Source: Mytilus trossulus (lineage: Eukaryota). From it: a stretch of 64,000 nt of DNA. Each line of letters starts with the position of its first letter. Position 1 is the stretch's first letter. A program made the position numbers and the translations under genes. Below the pieces are notes generated by a model. That model was not told the origin of the DNA. It worked only from the letters and a program-made list of their open reading frames with translations, and searched no databases. This document shows positions 25,222 to 40,000 of the stretch, piece by piece. Where the stretch lies: NCBI RefSeq assembly GCF_036588685.1, contig NC_086382.1, positions 64,666,001 through 64,730,000 of the forward strand, given 5' to 3'.

Positions 25222-26168
25222 TGCGGGGTTCACACATTGCCGATTATTGCTCCCGTTTGAGATCAGACAGCAATACGACACGAAAAGTGAAAAAGTCGGA
25301 TTAGTATCCTCAATTATCTGGAATGTCTTATCATTGTCTAAACACAGTCGTTTTAGTTCGTAACAAATTCTTACGGGTCGGGAAGGGTCCGAATAGTTCG
25401 GCAAAGCACCCCGACAGTTAGGTGCGTCCCGTAACATTCGGGACAACTCAGCCGATTTTGTCTAGTCGGATTACAATTGTGGCTATGTCGTGACAGATTC
25501 TGTTGTATCGGATCGAATTCCGAACAATGTCTTGTGTATTCTGGACGGTGTCTTGTGGTACGGGAATTATCTGGAGTAATTTTTCATAGTTGTTTTTCTG
25601 CCGATTGAGTCCAGATGACATCCAGATCTTGTCGATTGCGAACCGTTTTTTGCCGAAACCGTTCCGAAACAGTCCCGTTATTAATACGAAATTAATCAAT
25701 GATACCCACGTCAGAGTCCCAACAATTACAGAATACAATACGACTGAGACCAGACAAAGCCGTTTGCAATGCGATAGAGCGGACCGTGATATGATTACGT
25801 TCCGACAGTACCTGATCATCCCGAATATGCCGACAGTTTTCTAACGGATATCTTCCGTCAGCGTCGGTCCACTGTCTGGTCGTGACATACTCGGTCGAAT
25901 TTTACCTGGCGAAAAATACAAATCGGGTTAGAAGCGGATTCAGAACGGGATTATCGGGACTTATTCGCTTAGAAGCGGTTGAATATCGTCGCATCCTGAA
26001 CACTATCTGATTGTTGTCGTGATCAAATTATTTTTTTTTACAAATTTTGATTTAAGTTTTAATTTCCATCCACGATTCACAGGATCTTGATCAGACTTTT
26101 GATAAATTTTAATCGGGAATGGTCCTGTCGATGACGGTAGTAAAAATCGTGAATGTGTGACTCCAGCT
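25222..26168. mobile_element. PIF/Harbinger-like non-autonomous element inserted into an older repeat
   Basis: TIRs TGCGGGGTTCACACATT / AATGTGTGACTCCAGCT with TAA duplicated at 25219-25221 and 26169-26171. GC-richer interior. The host repeat (related to 24080-24186) resumes on both sides. Confidence 0.7.
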
Positions 26169-27294
26169 TAAAGGCTTCCAATTGGTCTTCAATTCAGCGA
26201 GAAAATCCGGCACCCGTAGGCGGATATCTGCTGGCCCCTTAACAAATATACGTGCTAGTTAAGGAAGAATTAACGTAATACTAAACTCTTAAATATATGA
26301 ATGAACTAAAATGAAAAAAAAAAACATGCAAAAAACAAGACTGACAAAGGCCAGAGGCTCCTGTCTGGAGACATGCGAAAAAAATGCGACGGAATTAAAC
26401 ATGTCCAGAAGATTAACGTTAATAAAAATAAATACCAGTTACGGAATTCCTGAATTGATTTTTTATCAATTATTTATAGAGGCAAAATATCAAATATCAC
26501 TACAGACACGCGAACATAGCGAACATAACCGTCAAAAGAAAGGAACATGTACGATAGAGAACGAGACTCGTACCTGTCGTAATTTAGGTAACCAGTATAT
26601 TCAAAGTACCTTTAAAAGTTCCGAGGACACTACAACTGAGATATCATTGTAGAAATGGTTAAGATGTATATACTTGTGTTATTTGAATATCTGTGGAGCG
26701 TTAGACATTGGATGTAGAAGAACCTATTATTTCCGTTTTCAGAACTTCCAGTTAGTATTTAGCAATTACGCGTTATACCACCTTCACGTTGCTAGCTGTT
26801 TTGTCGCCAGTATGATCACGAAACGCTTTACGAGTACTCCAAGCATATTCCATATCTTAGAAATCTGGGCATTATTAACACTTTTATTAATATCCAAATG
26901 ATTTTCAAAATGCGATACACGTATGCGAATAACCACAAGCATGCATTTTTGAAATACTTAAAACGTATTATTTTTGTACTTACATAAATGTAGTACATTG
27001 ATCCAGTTTACTCTTATTTTACAATAGAAAGGAAGATCATCGAAGAAAATCTTTCATAACTTGACTTCACACTTTTCGATATATTTTCGATGAATGATGA
27101 TGTTGTCCTTTTTCGCACCAATTATCCGTTACAATGTACCCTCGGTCATAAACGATGTTAATGTCCCCTGCACGTCATTTATGGTTTATGAGTGCACTTC
27201 GATGTGTATCAATCTCAAGCTGATGAAAAAGCATTTGTATTACCGACGTTCAAAATAAGTTATTGGCGATGAATCGATTCATTAAATACATATG

Positions 27295-27582
27295 CATGTG
27301 CCTGTCCCTAGCCAGGAGCTTGACTTCACTGGTTATCGTTTATTGGTGTGTCACATATTTGTTTTTCGTTCATTTTTTTGTGTACGTAAATTTGGCCTCT
27401 TTTTGTAGTTTGAGTTGTTTTACATTTGTCATTTCTGGCCAATCACAGTCGACTATGCGGTAGGGGCTTTGATCATGGTTGAAGAATGTACAGGGATATG
27501 AAGTTGTTAATTTTTGTGTCATTCGGTCTCTTGTGAAGAGTTGTCTAATTGCCTTTCACACCACATCGTCTTTTTTTTTTAT
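27295..27582 (+). mobile_element. SINE-like repeat, diverged copy
   Basis: TGTGCCTGTCCCTAGCCAGG...GAGTTGTCTAATTG...ACCACATCGTCTTTTT; same family as 10575-10902. Confidence 0.6.
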
Positions 27583-28007
27583 AGGTAATTGTATAATACA
27601 AAGTGAATGCTTCATTTTGACAAAACTGTAATGAATCGCACATGTGACACTAATTTACAGGAAAATTTACCAAAACGAATGTTTTTTTTAAAGTTAAATT
27701 TTAAATTTATTTTAAGAATGTAGCAATAGAAGTTCAAGAGTGCCCGTATTAAGGCGGATGATAAGTAGACATATATAATTGGCAGTTTAACAGCATTGGT
27801 ATCCAAGTTGATCATTTTCGTTTGGACATACCAATTATCAATACTGTTAGCATGGTTAGTGTCAGTAGTTTCAGTAAACACGCTTATAGTTTTCCAAGCT
27901 TTCCATACATTTAAAAAGTACACATTATACATTTGAAACAGATAATGGAAAGGTAAGGTCAAATGAACCGTTATAATGCAGAGTAAAGTATCTTCAAAAG
28001 TTAACAC

Positions 28008-28013
28008 TATAAA
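28008..28013 (+). promoter_or_regulatory. Candidate TATA box of the aminopeptidase-P-like gene
   Basis: TATAAA about 70 nt upstream of the ATG at 28081. Confidence 0.4.
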
Positions 28014-28080
28014 CTAAAAGTCACTGGACGGTAAAATAATTTGATTCACTATCAAGACGTGTATATCATACGGATTAAAT

Positions 28081-31000
28081 ATGACACAGTTCGTCAGCTG
28101 GTTACTGATATTATTTTGTAAGTAGTAACTTATACTGTTCAACTAAGTAGCCTTATGCTTTGAAATATTTAAGATTTTTCAGATAAATGTTACAATGCAT
28201 TATATGTAAATGCACAAATGTGTAAGTGTAATGAATCAAGAAAATAGTGTACGACTGCTTTTGCACAATCAATTTCCATCACAGTCTAATCACGTGACCC
28301 TCTGGATGTTAAGCAACTAACAATTTTAAGTCAATCTGATCACGGGGACTACTATATATATATAAAAAAACAATTGAGGACTACTTCTGACAATTATTGT
28401 ACTATGACAAATGAAGTTTTAAGACTTGATTCGTCAGAGAGGTAGAAGGATTCTACTTCTTAAGGGTGATAGGAAAGTTTTTTCTCTAATATATTATGGT
28501 TGCTTAGTCGATAGATGGGACATCATAATTATATACTCTAAATCTTTTAATCAATCATACACTGATATAAATAACGCACGAGTTTCATGTGGTGTTAAAA
28601 CATGATTTTGCATAAATGAATAGCAATGACAATGTCGAATGGTGCAATAAAATTAAAGGACAAACATGCGAAGTTTAAACAGAAAAAGCAACTTTTAAAA
28701 AAGTACACAAAAGTTGAAGATTGGACAATGCGATCCATGCAAACACTGTCGGGAGTTTATATAAGTGGTCAGAAGGGATAAACAGTGCTTTGGCTTTGTT
28801 TGTTAATTACATGTATGTAAACATACATAAATGATACGGTTACTAATGTACGGAAGTATATCAAACGGCCTTGTACAACCTGATAATGTGACATATATAT
28901 ATATCTATCATATTACTACTAGCACGACTGAGTAAACGATAATAACAATTTATAATATACTGGCGATGTTCACGTGTACAGTACCTGTCATGTACATATT
29001 GTACTAGAACTAGAATAAAGAAAATATAAATAATATTCAGATGACTGTAAACAGCTATTTTGTTCGGGGGATGCATCAATGTAATAAGGGGGGAAAGTTC
29101 TTAACTAACCGAAGAAGGGACAGTTCTGCAGTGAGGACAATTTAGTTTATTAATTTTGAGCCTATTTGTTTTAAATTAGCGTCATGGTGGATATACATAA
29201 CAATTTTGCCACTGGACATTACACTAACAGCCAGTCAATGAATCGATTGCAGAAATCCCTTAAGTTCTGATTATTTCCATTTGTAAGTTACAATGAAGGA
29301 AAAATTTGATGGCCAATGGAAATTCAATCATAAACCAGAGCAAAAACATTAAAAAAACAACTTGTTGATTTTAACTTTGAATGGTCATATTCATATGAAT
29401 CATTATACAGATATTTTAAGTATCTTTGGTTTATTTATTTAGACTACATTGTCGTTGTGTGATCCATCTGCACAATATTCCTTATCTCAGCTCTATTAAT
29501 GTTTGTTTTAACAATTAATACATTCTATTATGAACAAGTTTGTCGTGTCTTAGAATCAAGCTTGAAAGATCGTTAAAACGTCTAGGTTTTTTGTTTTGTT
29601 ACTCGTTTTCTTTAGGTGTCGATACGAATGGACACGAGATTAGCCAACAACGTTTCGACTCGATCCCAGTAGAAAGTTATAACATAAAGAGAGAGAATTG
29701 TGTAACTGTAAGTCAATATTTTATTCAAACTGTCATCTTTATTATATTTGCAAATGTTATTATAAGGATATTACGGTATTGTAATTAGTACTGATTTCTT
29801 CTGGAAAATGAATCTAACTTTATTATCATCTGCCTGCATTTACTTCTTTAAATTTTTTTATTTAAAATGGATATTTCGTGGAATTTTATAGTTGACTAAG
29901 CGGTATGGGCTTTGCTCGTGGTTGAAGCCCTTCCTTTTCTACAATATTATATAAATAAACAATTACTTGGGACATGCTGCAAACTCACATCAATATCAAG
30001 TGTAAACCATAGATTTTTCTTCACTTTTGTTTTATTGCTGCTGTGCATGAACTGTTTTTGTGTCATGGATAATAACCCCATATCCACTATCTTATATCAT
30101 GAAAAATATTTGAACTAATTTATATCAACTGCCTTTCGTATTTTCTTTCAGAATAGCGTCACATCAAATCGTTTGTCTGAAGTGAGAAAATTATTTGACA
30201 AAAACAATGTAGATGCTTACATAATTACAGCTGACGATGTACATATGGTTAGTTTGACAATGTTTAGAAATTAATACTATAAATAAAATACAAATTCCAT
30301 GTATAAGAAATGGAACCTTTTAAAAATATAATAAAAAAGTTGGCCAGAAAAAAACGCAGTGTCAGCTACTTAAACGACGTCTGGACTAATGACAAAGGGT
30401 CAAAATAGAGAATTTTCCATAATGCAAAATCATTTATAAATTTGTCCGTTGCACCAGACACATATGATACAATATAGCAAGGACTTATATACGTCCCTGA
30501 ATATACGTTTATGAAATCACAGAATATTTACATAATAGTTATTGTAAAAAAAAATGGTCGTAATCGTAATATAAGGGCTGCCCACAGGACAATGAATAAA
30601 CTGAAACGTCGGCATGCAACGTCCTATGAGAATGAACAAATAAAATGTTTGACATACACCTATTTCTTACAAAATGAATAATAAGCATGGCCAATGTCAG
30701 AATGTTCTTAATATTTGAAGAAATACAACAAAACATCTCTCATTCGATTTTTAAGAATGTGAATTTTAGCATGGATACAATTTGAGGAACCTTCATTACA
30801 GAATAATGGATCGTTGGTGGTCGGTTCAAACCCATTTTTCTATTATTCATTATTAATTCAAAATCAAATCGATGACATTGTATATTGTAAATGTGAAAAC
30901 GTCTACAAAATTAACACAGGAATAATACTTTTGTTTTGATTATAACAAGACTTTGGTAAATTTCTATTAGTCTTTTTGTTGGAATATTAGCAATACCCTT

Positions 31001-34000
31001 AATTTCTCTAATTATACCTAATGATCTTTTTGCTGTTTTCAGTACATTATCTATATGAGTATTGCAAGTCAGTTTTTGGTCAAGTGTAACTCCAAGAATT
31101 TTGGGATTGTTGTTGTGTTTTAAAGTTCCATTACCAAGCTTAAGTAGAACGAATGTAGTATTTTGTATATTTTTACTGAAAATACAATATTCTGTTTTTT
31201 CTACACTCACTTTCATCCTCCATTTGTTGCTCCATTCATTCACCTTGTCAATATCTGTTTGAAGATCTTGTTGTAGAATATTGATGTCCTCACCTGTGTG
31301 CCATATGGTTGCATCATCTGCAAATTTACATTTCTGTGCCAGAACGGTCTGAAAAATATCTGCTATAAAGATGTTGAACAAAATAGGGGATAAGACTGAA
31401 CCTTGTGGTAATCCTGTATGTGTTTTAAATAGTTCTCCTTTTGTGTTGTTGATGTTGATTACTGCTTCACGGTTATTTAAAAAAGAATGAACCCAATTCC
31501 AGATTTTTCCTTTGATTCCATATTGATAAAGTTTTACTAATAGTCCTTCTCGCCATATACTGTCATAGGCTTTTTCAAAATCAATGAACAAAGCAAGCGT
31601 AATCATTTTCTTGTTGAATCCCCCATATATTGATTGGATGAGTGACAATAAAGCATTGACTGTTGATCTGTATTGTCTAAATCCTTCCTGTTCATTATCA
31701 ATGATGTTGTTGGTTTCAACATATTCTTCTATTCTTATAGAACTATTCTTTCCATCAGTTTGGATACTACACTGGTTAAACTAATTGGCCGGTATGCTGA
31801 AGGGTTATTGTAACTAAGTTTGTGTGCTTTCTTCAAAAATTTTACATTTGCCATTTTCCAATTTTGTGGAAGTATTCCTTCTTCCCATGATCTGTTCATA
31901 ATTTCTAATAATTTGTCTAAAAATTCTTTTCCAGCATTAATAAACAGCTCTGGAAAAAATCCATCTGGTCCTGGTGCAGTTTCTTTCTTTAGTCTGAAGA
32001 TGGATCCTTCCAATTCATCCATGGTAATACTTTGGTTATATTTGTCATCATCCATTTCTTGGTTGTCACTATCTAATGTTATGTTGATGTATTCTTTAGT
32101 TGTTTCCTCATAAAACTTGTTGTCAAATTTTCTTGGGTCTAGGTGTTTTCCTCCAAAAAATACTTTTTCCAATTCCTTTGACTTTTCTTTCTCCTCGAAA
32201 ATTACATTGCCATCATATTTTATGAAAGGAAGTACCTTGTTGTCTGAGGTTTTCTTGGTTAATTTTTTGAAAGCTCCCCATCTTTCCTTTGGTGTTTTTC
32301 CTGATCCTATCACGTCACATAGTGTTGTTGACCATTCATTTTGGGCTTTATCTTTGATTACTTCTAAGTTCTCTTCCGCATCTATTATTTTATTAAAATT
32401 TTGAGGGATACTTCGTTCTTTAAAATGTCTCTGTGCCTTGTTTAACTCTTTTTTTGCTAACTTTACATCTTCATTCCACCATACAGAATGTTTAACTTTT
32501 GGTCTATTTTGATGATATTTATATTTCGGTATACATTTCGGTTCCATACATGCTGTCATACAACTTTCAAAACATTCATACCATACTTCCAAAGAGTCAT
32601 CATCTTTCAAAAGCATATCTTTGAAATATTCTTCTGTGGTTTCCTTCCACTCTTCCCAATTGATATGATCCTGGTTAAGTTGGCGCGAAATAAATATTCT
32701 TACTCCTATTGCTTCATGTAAAAAAAAAAATATAAAATTGAATTCGACTACAGTTCAGCATAAAAAAAACGTGAATATGCAAAAGCCAGGTAATATGTTA
32801 ATGATAAAGTGTGTATAAGTTTTCTTAAACGAAGTTACCCGTATAATTATCAAGAATTACATTTGAGCGCAAAGTTCTGTATGTGGTTTACCAACCAGGT
32901 TTATGTAACATTTATAATTTAGACTGGGATCCTGGCTAATCTTGACCTTACGACGCGCAGCTAGATTGGACCGGATCCCAGGCTAATGTAACATCGTAAA
33001 ACTCAGGGTAACGGAATTTTTTGCGTTGCTATAAGATCATTAAGGCCATCTATTTTTATTGCGGGTTCCACATATTTAAATCGGAATTATAGAAAAAATG
33101 GAATGTTGTGAGCAGAATCAAAACAGAAATGATGAATACTGCAACATTTCCAGCAAAATATAAATAGGATGGAGGATCTGTGTACTCACATTATTTGTAA
33201 AACTCTCCTTATTCATGTGAAGCGTGTGCTTTACATCGAGGCTTATTCTTTACATCGAGGCTTATTATGCTAATCATCGACGCCACAGTACTTCAACCAA
33301 TCAGACAATGTTTATTTGGGGCATTCGATCGATTTTAACTCAGATTTTGGAATATTTCAATCGAAATTATAGAAGAATGGAATGTTGTTAGTACATATAA
33401 AATAGAAAATGATGAATACTTTCAGCTAAAGATAATTTGGATGGGGGTTCTGTGTATTCACATTATTTGCACAACTCTCCTTACTGATGCCATATATTGG
33501 AATTTCCGTGACCTAAATGGTTCGCGAAAATTAATATTTTTATATATAGTATAGTAAATAAACGTAGGTGAAAAACCGTCAAAATAGGTGCAATTTTATA
33601 CCCTCACGTTATAAATATAAATAATAAGCTGGTACCTTTGATAATTATTTGCAACTGACAAACGGTAAGTAAAGAATAATACACTTCCCCATTATGTTAT
33701 ACAAGTACCCTTAACTAAGGATATGAATATGGTAAAATAGATGCCCTTTACAAAATTGAGAAAAGACTAAAAAAAGAGAAAGAGAAATCATTTGAAATTT
33801 TACAACAATTAAAATAACAAATAATGGTTTTCTCTGTCATTTTCACAGAATTAAAACTAAATAATGTAGATACTATGATGACCGCTGTTTGTATGCAAGT
33901 ATTTGAAGAAAACAAATCAATTATTTCAGCACCCTGGCTTGTCTAACATTGCCAAATGTGATAAACGTCTACAAGCAGTATCGGGATTTTCAGCAAACTT

Positions 34001-37000
34001 TGGTAATGTATTTAACTTTCAAACCATATTTCAAATAGAAATACTATAAAGAAGAAGTTTTAGTTAGTCAATAGAAAAGTATAGAGTTATACAACTTTGA
34101 GCGAGATAACACGTAGGGATTTATTACATTATTAGAGACCACCTGTACTTAGACCATACATTTTATATCCCTCTGTAGTACATTTCATATAGCTTGAACC
34201 TGCATTAAAATACCACTTGTCTGTTAAGACCATCATTTTGTTCTATCTTAAGTGTTCTTGTAATACAGGTTTCACCGTGTATCAAAAAGTAGAAAAGAAA
34301 AATAAGTCGGTGTAAATTTGAAATGTAAGAAACTTCCCATTAAAAAGCCGATTTAAAAGAGGGGACAATCTAAAGTACCAAATGTTTTTCACCATTCAGC
34401 AAGTAAGCAGATTGTTGGGAAGAATATATGTTACAAAAAGATTTGACCACTTTTATTTTAGGAATAGCCGTTGTAACAAGTACTAGTGCTTCCTTGTGGA
34501 CAGACGGTAGACATTTCAGACAAGCCGAGAAAGAGACCGATTGTGGATGGGAAATTTATAGAAAAGGTATGTCAAACAGATTTCAGTCCCTTTAGACTCT
34601 AGAAAAGGTATGCCAAAAACAGTTGTCAGTCCCTGTAGACATTTTAGTTATGAATCAAGTGCACTTGGTAAAAAAAAAACTCAGAAAATATATATTGTAT
34701 GTGACTAATAAAACTATGGTCTTTACCAGATAGAAAGTGTGATCAATTGTAAGATAAAACCAAAATTAACCTAATGAGTAATTGATCTATACTATGGTAA
34801 TTGAATTTTCCTGCTACATTATCATTTGATGAGAATTCTACAAAGATCCTTGGAAAGTCTTCCGATGTGAAATACGAGTGTACACTGTCATCAATATATG
34901 TTTGTAAGAATGTTCGAAGATTCTCTATTGTCATTATAAATAAAGGCAACAGTAGTATACCGCTGTTCAAAACTCATAAATCCATGAACAAAAACAAAAT
35001 CGGGATAACAAACTAAAACCGAGGGAAACGTATTAAATATAAGAGGAGAACAACGACACAACACTAAAATGTGACACACACAGAGACGGACAAAGCATCA
35101 GACAAAATCCCACGAGTATAAAAAATATAACATCAAAACCAAATACATGACTTTGGGATAGACAAGTACCGTGACACGTCTTATCGCAATGTGAATTTAC
35201 ACTAAAAAATAAGAGAAAACAAAACATCGTTATACCTCAAAACACAACGAACGTATATTACGAGTGACCAGCATGTTATCGTTGATACTGCTGTTTGAGT
35301 ATAACTTTATTGGTTTGGTAAAACTTGGATGACCCTTTATCTTACAAATCATAACTTTTGATATAAAAGCGTCTTCAGAATCTTTGTCCTCATGATTTTT
35401 TGAAGAAAAAACATAAAATGATGTTTGTGTCAATGATACATGATTCTGTGATTTATCAGGTACGTGCATCATTAAAAGTAGAGAACACGTTTACTTATTT
35501 GTTTTATTACATGTTAGTTACATTATTATACTATAACTGAAGCTTTAAGGGTTGACTGTCGTTTCCTCAGTGTAACAAAACTGATTACGCTACCGATACA
35601 CCATACCACAATACACAAAAAAAGTACAGTCCTTTTTTGACAATTTTGCTGAATCTAAATCACCTCTTATGATTAATCTGAATCAAGTAAAATGGTCCAT
35701 TGCACGAATGGTACACAAAGGTGAACTTTTGTCCAAAAACCGAAAATCGTTGTCAATGCATGACGCCTATTATGATAGCAATGTCTTATAATTAAAATCA
35801 AATCTTGCAGTTTTTATCCACATTTCAATCCGATGTGTTAATATAATCATGAAAATGCATGACATATGCTTTGCTGGACATTAACAATAAACAGTTAAGT
35901 TTACCACAAAAAGGTGATTACAATTAAATTAAACTATTGTATAAAGGTGGACCAGAGGTTGTTACGGTCACAGATTGGATTATACAGAAGTTACAGACTA
36001 AAGAGGGAGAGAAAAATGTTGGATCGGCTCCAAGTTATATGAATGCTGGTAAAATATATATAAAAAAATATAATTCAAATGTTTCGACCATCAGTTAGTT
36101 AAATTAATGTAGCAAAATAAAGGTTTGGAAATCTCATTTGTGCAATCTATAGCTACTTGTTAACGAAATTTAAGGAATAGTGTCGTAAACAAATAAATTT
36201 TGATAGCTGTTACTATAAGTTCCTTTATATATTAAGACTGGGGTCACATATATAAGATCATATAATGCTGGTACAAGTATCAGCGTTTAAATTGCGGTCG
36301 CAAGCAGTACAAAAAAGCACATGTAATGAAAACATTAATATATTAAAAGTTTTATTGATGATTTACATCCTAGTTTCATTCATTTTCTATTCTGAACAAA
36401 AAATGATTATAAAATATCCGATTAAATAAACAAAATGTCAATGCATGTATTGTAGTTTGGTGGAGAAACTTCGATACAGTTTTATCCCAATCTAAGATAA
36501 GACTATTGCCAATTAATAATGATTTAGTCGACGAAATCTGGACAGATTCAAGATCCGTCCGTCCCTCTAAAGATCTCAATTCTCTGGATATAAAATATGC
36601 TGGTATGTATGCCAAGATCAGTTCGTCCCTCTAAAGATCTCAATTCCCTGGACATCAACTATGCTGGTATGTATGCTGATATTTATAGTTAATATAACCA
36701 AGATCGGTTCGTCCCTCTAAAGATCTCAATTCTCTTGATTTAAATATGATGGTATGTATGCCAAGATCGGTTCGTCCCTCTAAAGATCTCAATTCTCTGG
36801 ACATCAACTATGCTGGTATGTATGCTGATATTTATAGTTAATATAACCAAGATCGTTTCGTCCCTCTAAAGATCTCAATTCTCTTGATATAAAATATGCT
36901 GGTATGTATGCCAAGATCAGTTCGTCCCTCTAAAGATCTCAATTCTCTGGACATCAACTATGCTGGTATGTATGCTGATAGTTATAGTTAATATAACCAA

Positions 37001-40000
37001 GATCAGTCCGTCCCTCTAAAGATCTCAATTCTCTTGATATAAAATATGCTGGTATGTATGCTGTTATTTTAATAGTTAATTCGTCCTCTAAAGATCTCAA
37101 TTCTCTGGACATCAACTATGCTGGTATGTATGCTGATAGTTATAGTTAATATAACCAAGATCAGTCCGTCCCTCTAAAGATCTCAATTCTCTGGATATCA
37201 AATATGCTGGTATGTAGGCTCCTATTTTAATAGTTAATTCGTCTTATAAAGATCTCAATTCTCTTGATATAAAATATGCTGGTATGTATGGTCCCTATAA
37301 AGATCTCAATTCTCTGGATATCAAATATGCTGGTATGTATGGTCCCTCTAAAGATCTCAATTCTCTGGATATCAAATATGCTGGTATGTATGCTGTGATA
37401 TAGATAGTTAATATAACCCATATTCCAGAAAGTGACATTCATTTTTTGAATTGGTAGTTTGTCAAAATAATTGAGGACGTTTTACACATTTCATGGTCAG
37501 AATTCAGAAGAACTGTTTGGATTTACCTTCACCCAATGCCGAATATTAAGTCAAGGATGTAAAAGACCCGACTCTATTGGTGAATGAAAATGGAAATACG
37601 AATATCTTGCATGAATATTTGTTGAAAGTAAATTATGCTCTAAGAGTCCCCTGTCATCAGCTCTAAAGACGGTACTAGAAAGGAACCTTTATTTTCACTT
37701 GGTTTATATTTAAAGGATTTAGCAGGACTACTAGTTTTTTCAGTATCGACAGATTTGAAAATAAAGGATTATCTATTTATGATGTCATTAAAAAGTTTTG
37801 TACGTAATATATTATTTATTTGTCAGTAGAGATGAAAGTGATTTTCATCTTCTAATGTTTTACGTGTAAGACATGTTCTTTGGTATCGATGTATTTTCAG
37901 ATATCTACCCTTTTTATGATAAAATTAGGGTATTAATAGAGTATGGAATCTGAATCTGAATCTGCTTATTAAAACTAGATGCAAATTTAAAAGACACCCT
38001 TAACAAACATGTAAAATTATTGAATTAAAGAAAGACGAACAAAATAATAATATATAACTTGCATTGTTGTTATATTAAGGTCGTACATGGCAGGAGAAAA
38101 TTGAGGATGTTCGCAAGGAAATGACAAAAAAGAATGTAGAAGTCTTAGTAGTAACTGGCGTTGATGAAATTGCATGCAAGTATAAACAGTAATATGTTCA
38201 AATATCACTTTTACTATTATTGTTAAATGATAGACCGTTCTTGTATCATTACTTCAAATTTATTCACACAAAACAACGATATCTTTAATCTACTATTTTG
38301 TACATTGTTTTCAATTAGAAACCCACTGAGAAAAATTCCAAAAGGAGAAGCAAGAATTATAATGGAATGCGATATGTTTATTCCTTCTACTTTTATGTTT
38401 TCATCTTTAAAATGACTATCTTTTCCAAAAGAATAAAATACTAACAATTAATTCTAATTTATAAAACTGTAAATGGACTAACACCTGATTACTAAGCAAT
38501 GCTAAATATTGATGATGTGCAACACCACAATTTACGACCTGTCTCTAATAATGATCTTTTCGTTCCAAGACCAAATACAAGTTTTTATAAAAAATCTTTT
38601 CATTATTCTTTAACCAAAGTATGGAATAATTTACCACTCGAAAAAAAAAATGTCGTCATGTGGAATTCTGTAAGAAACATTGTTGTACTCATTTTCCTGA
38701 ATATTGCAAGTCAAATAATTTGTTTTTCTGTAACAAAACTTTATCAAATATTAAAGAATTACTGTCTTTTGATGAAGATAATGTGTGGTTTTATTGACTT
38801 TTGAAAAACTGATATTCACTGAGGCCAACGGCCGAGGTGAATATTTGTTGTTTTAAAAGGCAATTAAACTACAAATTTACAGAAACAAAAGACAGTAATT
38901 GTTTTATTCCATACTCTAAGAGAAATGAATGTGATGGAAAATATTTACCAAAACCAATTGTACATCAAACGTTTACACCAAAATTATACACGTAAAAGCA
39001 CGCGACGTTTTTCGCGGTGAATATCTTTGTTCCGCAGGTGAATATGCTAAAATTCTAATCCCATTCATATAGAAAAACAGTCTAATATTTTATCAATATG
39101 GAATAATGCCATTTATTACCATTTGTATATTTAAATAATTGAATTGTGTATATACTAGTTATATATATTTAAGGAATAACAGTACTGTAGTTGAAGAGTT
39201 ACCTTCGTCAATTGTAGATTTGACGGTCGCAAATGCAGTTTTACTGGCGACGCGTAGCGGAGACAGTAAAACGGAGATTTGCGACCGTCAAATCAAAATT
39301 GACGGTGGCAGCTCTTCAACTACAGTACTGTTATTCCGATTCTAATGCATTACAAAAAGAAAAATACGATAAAACTTGAAAAATGTCTAAATTTGTCAAA
39401 AAAAATCAATCCGCGAAACTTCATGAATGATTTTGGCACAAAGACATCCTGGCTAAACGTGACGTCATACACATGAAAACTTACAAACTGGAGGTTATTG
39501 CGTTACCTGTACGCTTCAAATTCGGATAAAAATACATTAAAACGGCGAATTCGAGGTAGGTGTTGTTTTATTTTCGATTATATAGTAGTTATCGAACATT
39601 TGTTGATTCATCAATTCTAAATGGCGGGTCCCACCTTAGTTACGCCTGGTCAACTGTGGATTTGACGGCAACTTTCAGCCAATGAAAAAAATTGTTACAT
39701 CCAAATTGCATTAGAATGTAATATATATTGTATTGTAATGTATGAATGTATGAATGTTAACTGTATGCATGTATTTTGTTTGAAGGCCTTAATAAAAGTT
39801 AGACTAGTTATAATTGAGTTACCCTCTTTAAATAAAGAATTTATCATTATTATTATTATTATTATTTATAAATAATAAGTTGGGTACACGTCGACGCAAG
39901 AAAGGAGTAGGTTCAGTAAGACCCCTTTTTGTCCCCGAATTATATCAGTTTTACAAAATTGGTATAGTGTAAACTTTAAGCAATTTATGGAAAGTAGAAT

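Noticed and set aside
25093-25844. Three overlapping ORFs of 84-123 aa
   Set aside because: They lie mostly within a GC-richer MITE and show no transposase or other motifs.
29184-29450. Alternative first coding exons for the peptidase gene
   Set aside because: The ATG frames stop before a usable donor, whereas 28081-28117 gives the right phase and a signal peptide.
31062-32721. Plus-strand ORFs over the intronic LINE (likewise the minus-strand ORFs at 60669-62129)
   Set aside because: Antisense shadows of RT coding sequence.
36548-37420. CRISPR-like repeat/spacer array
   Set aside because: The between-repeat segments are themselves repeated, the unit derives from a host exon, the context is eukaryotic and there are no cas genes.
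38455-38700. Possible gene in ORF 38499-38804
   Set aside because: It resembles an eroded LINE 3' end (HNLR...KKSFHYSLTKVWNNLP) and is too short to annotate confidently.
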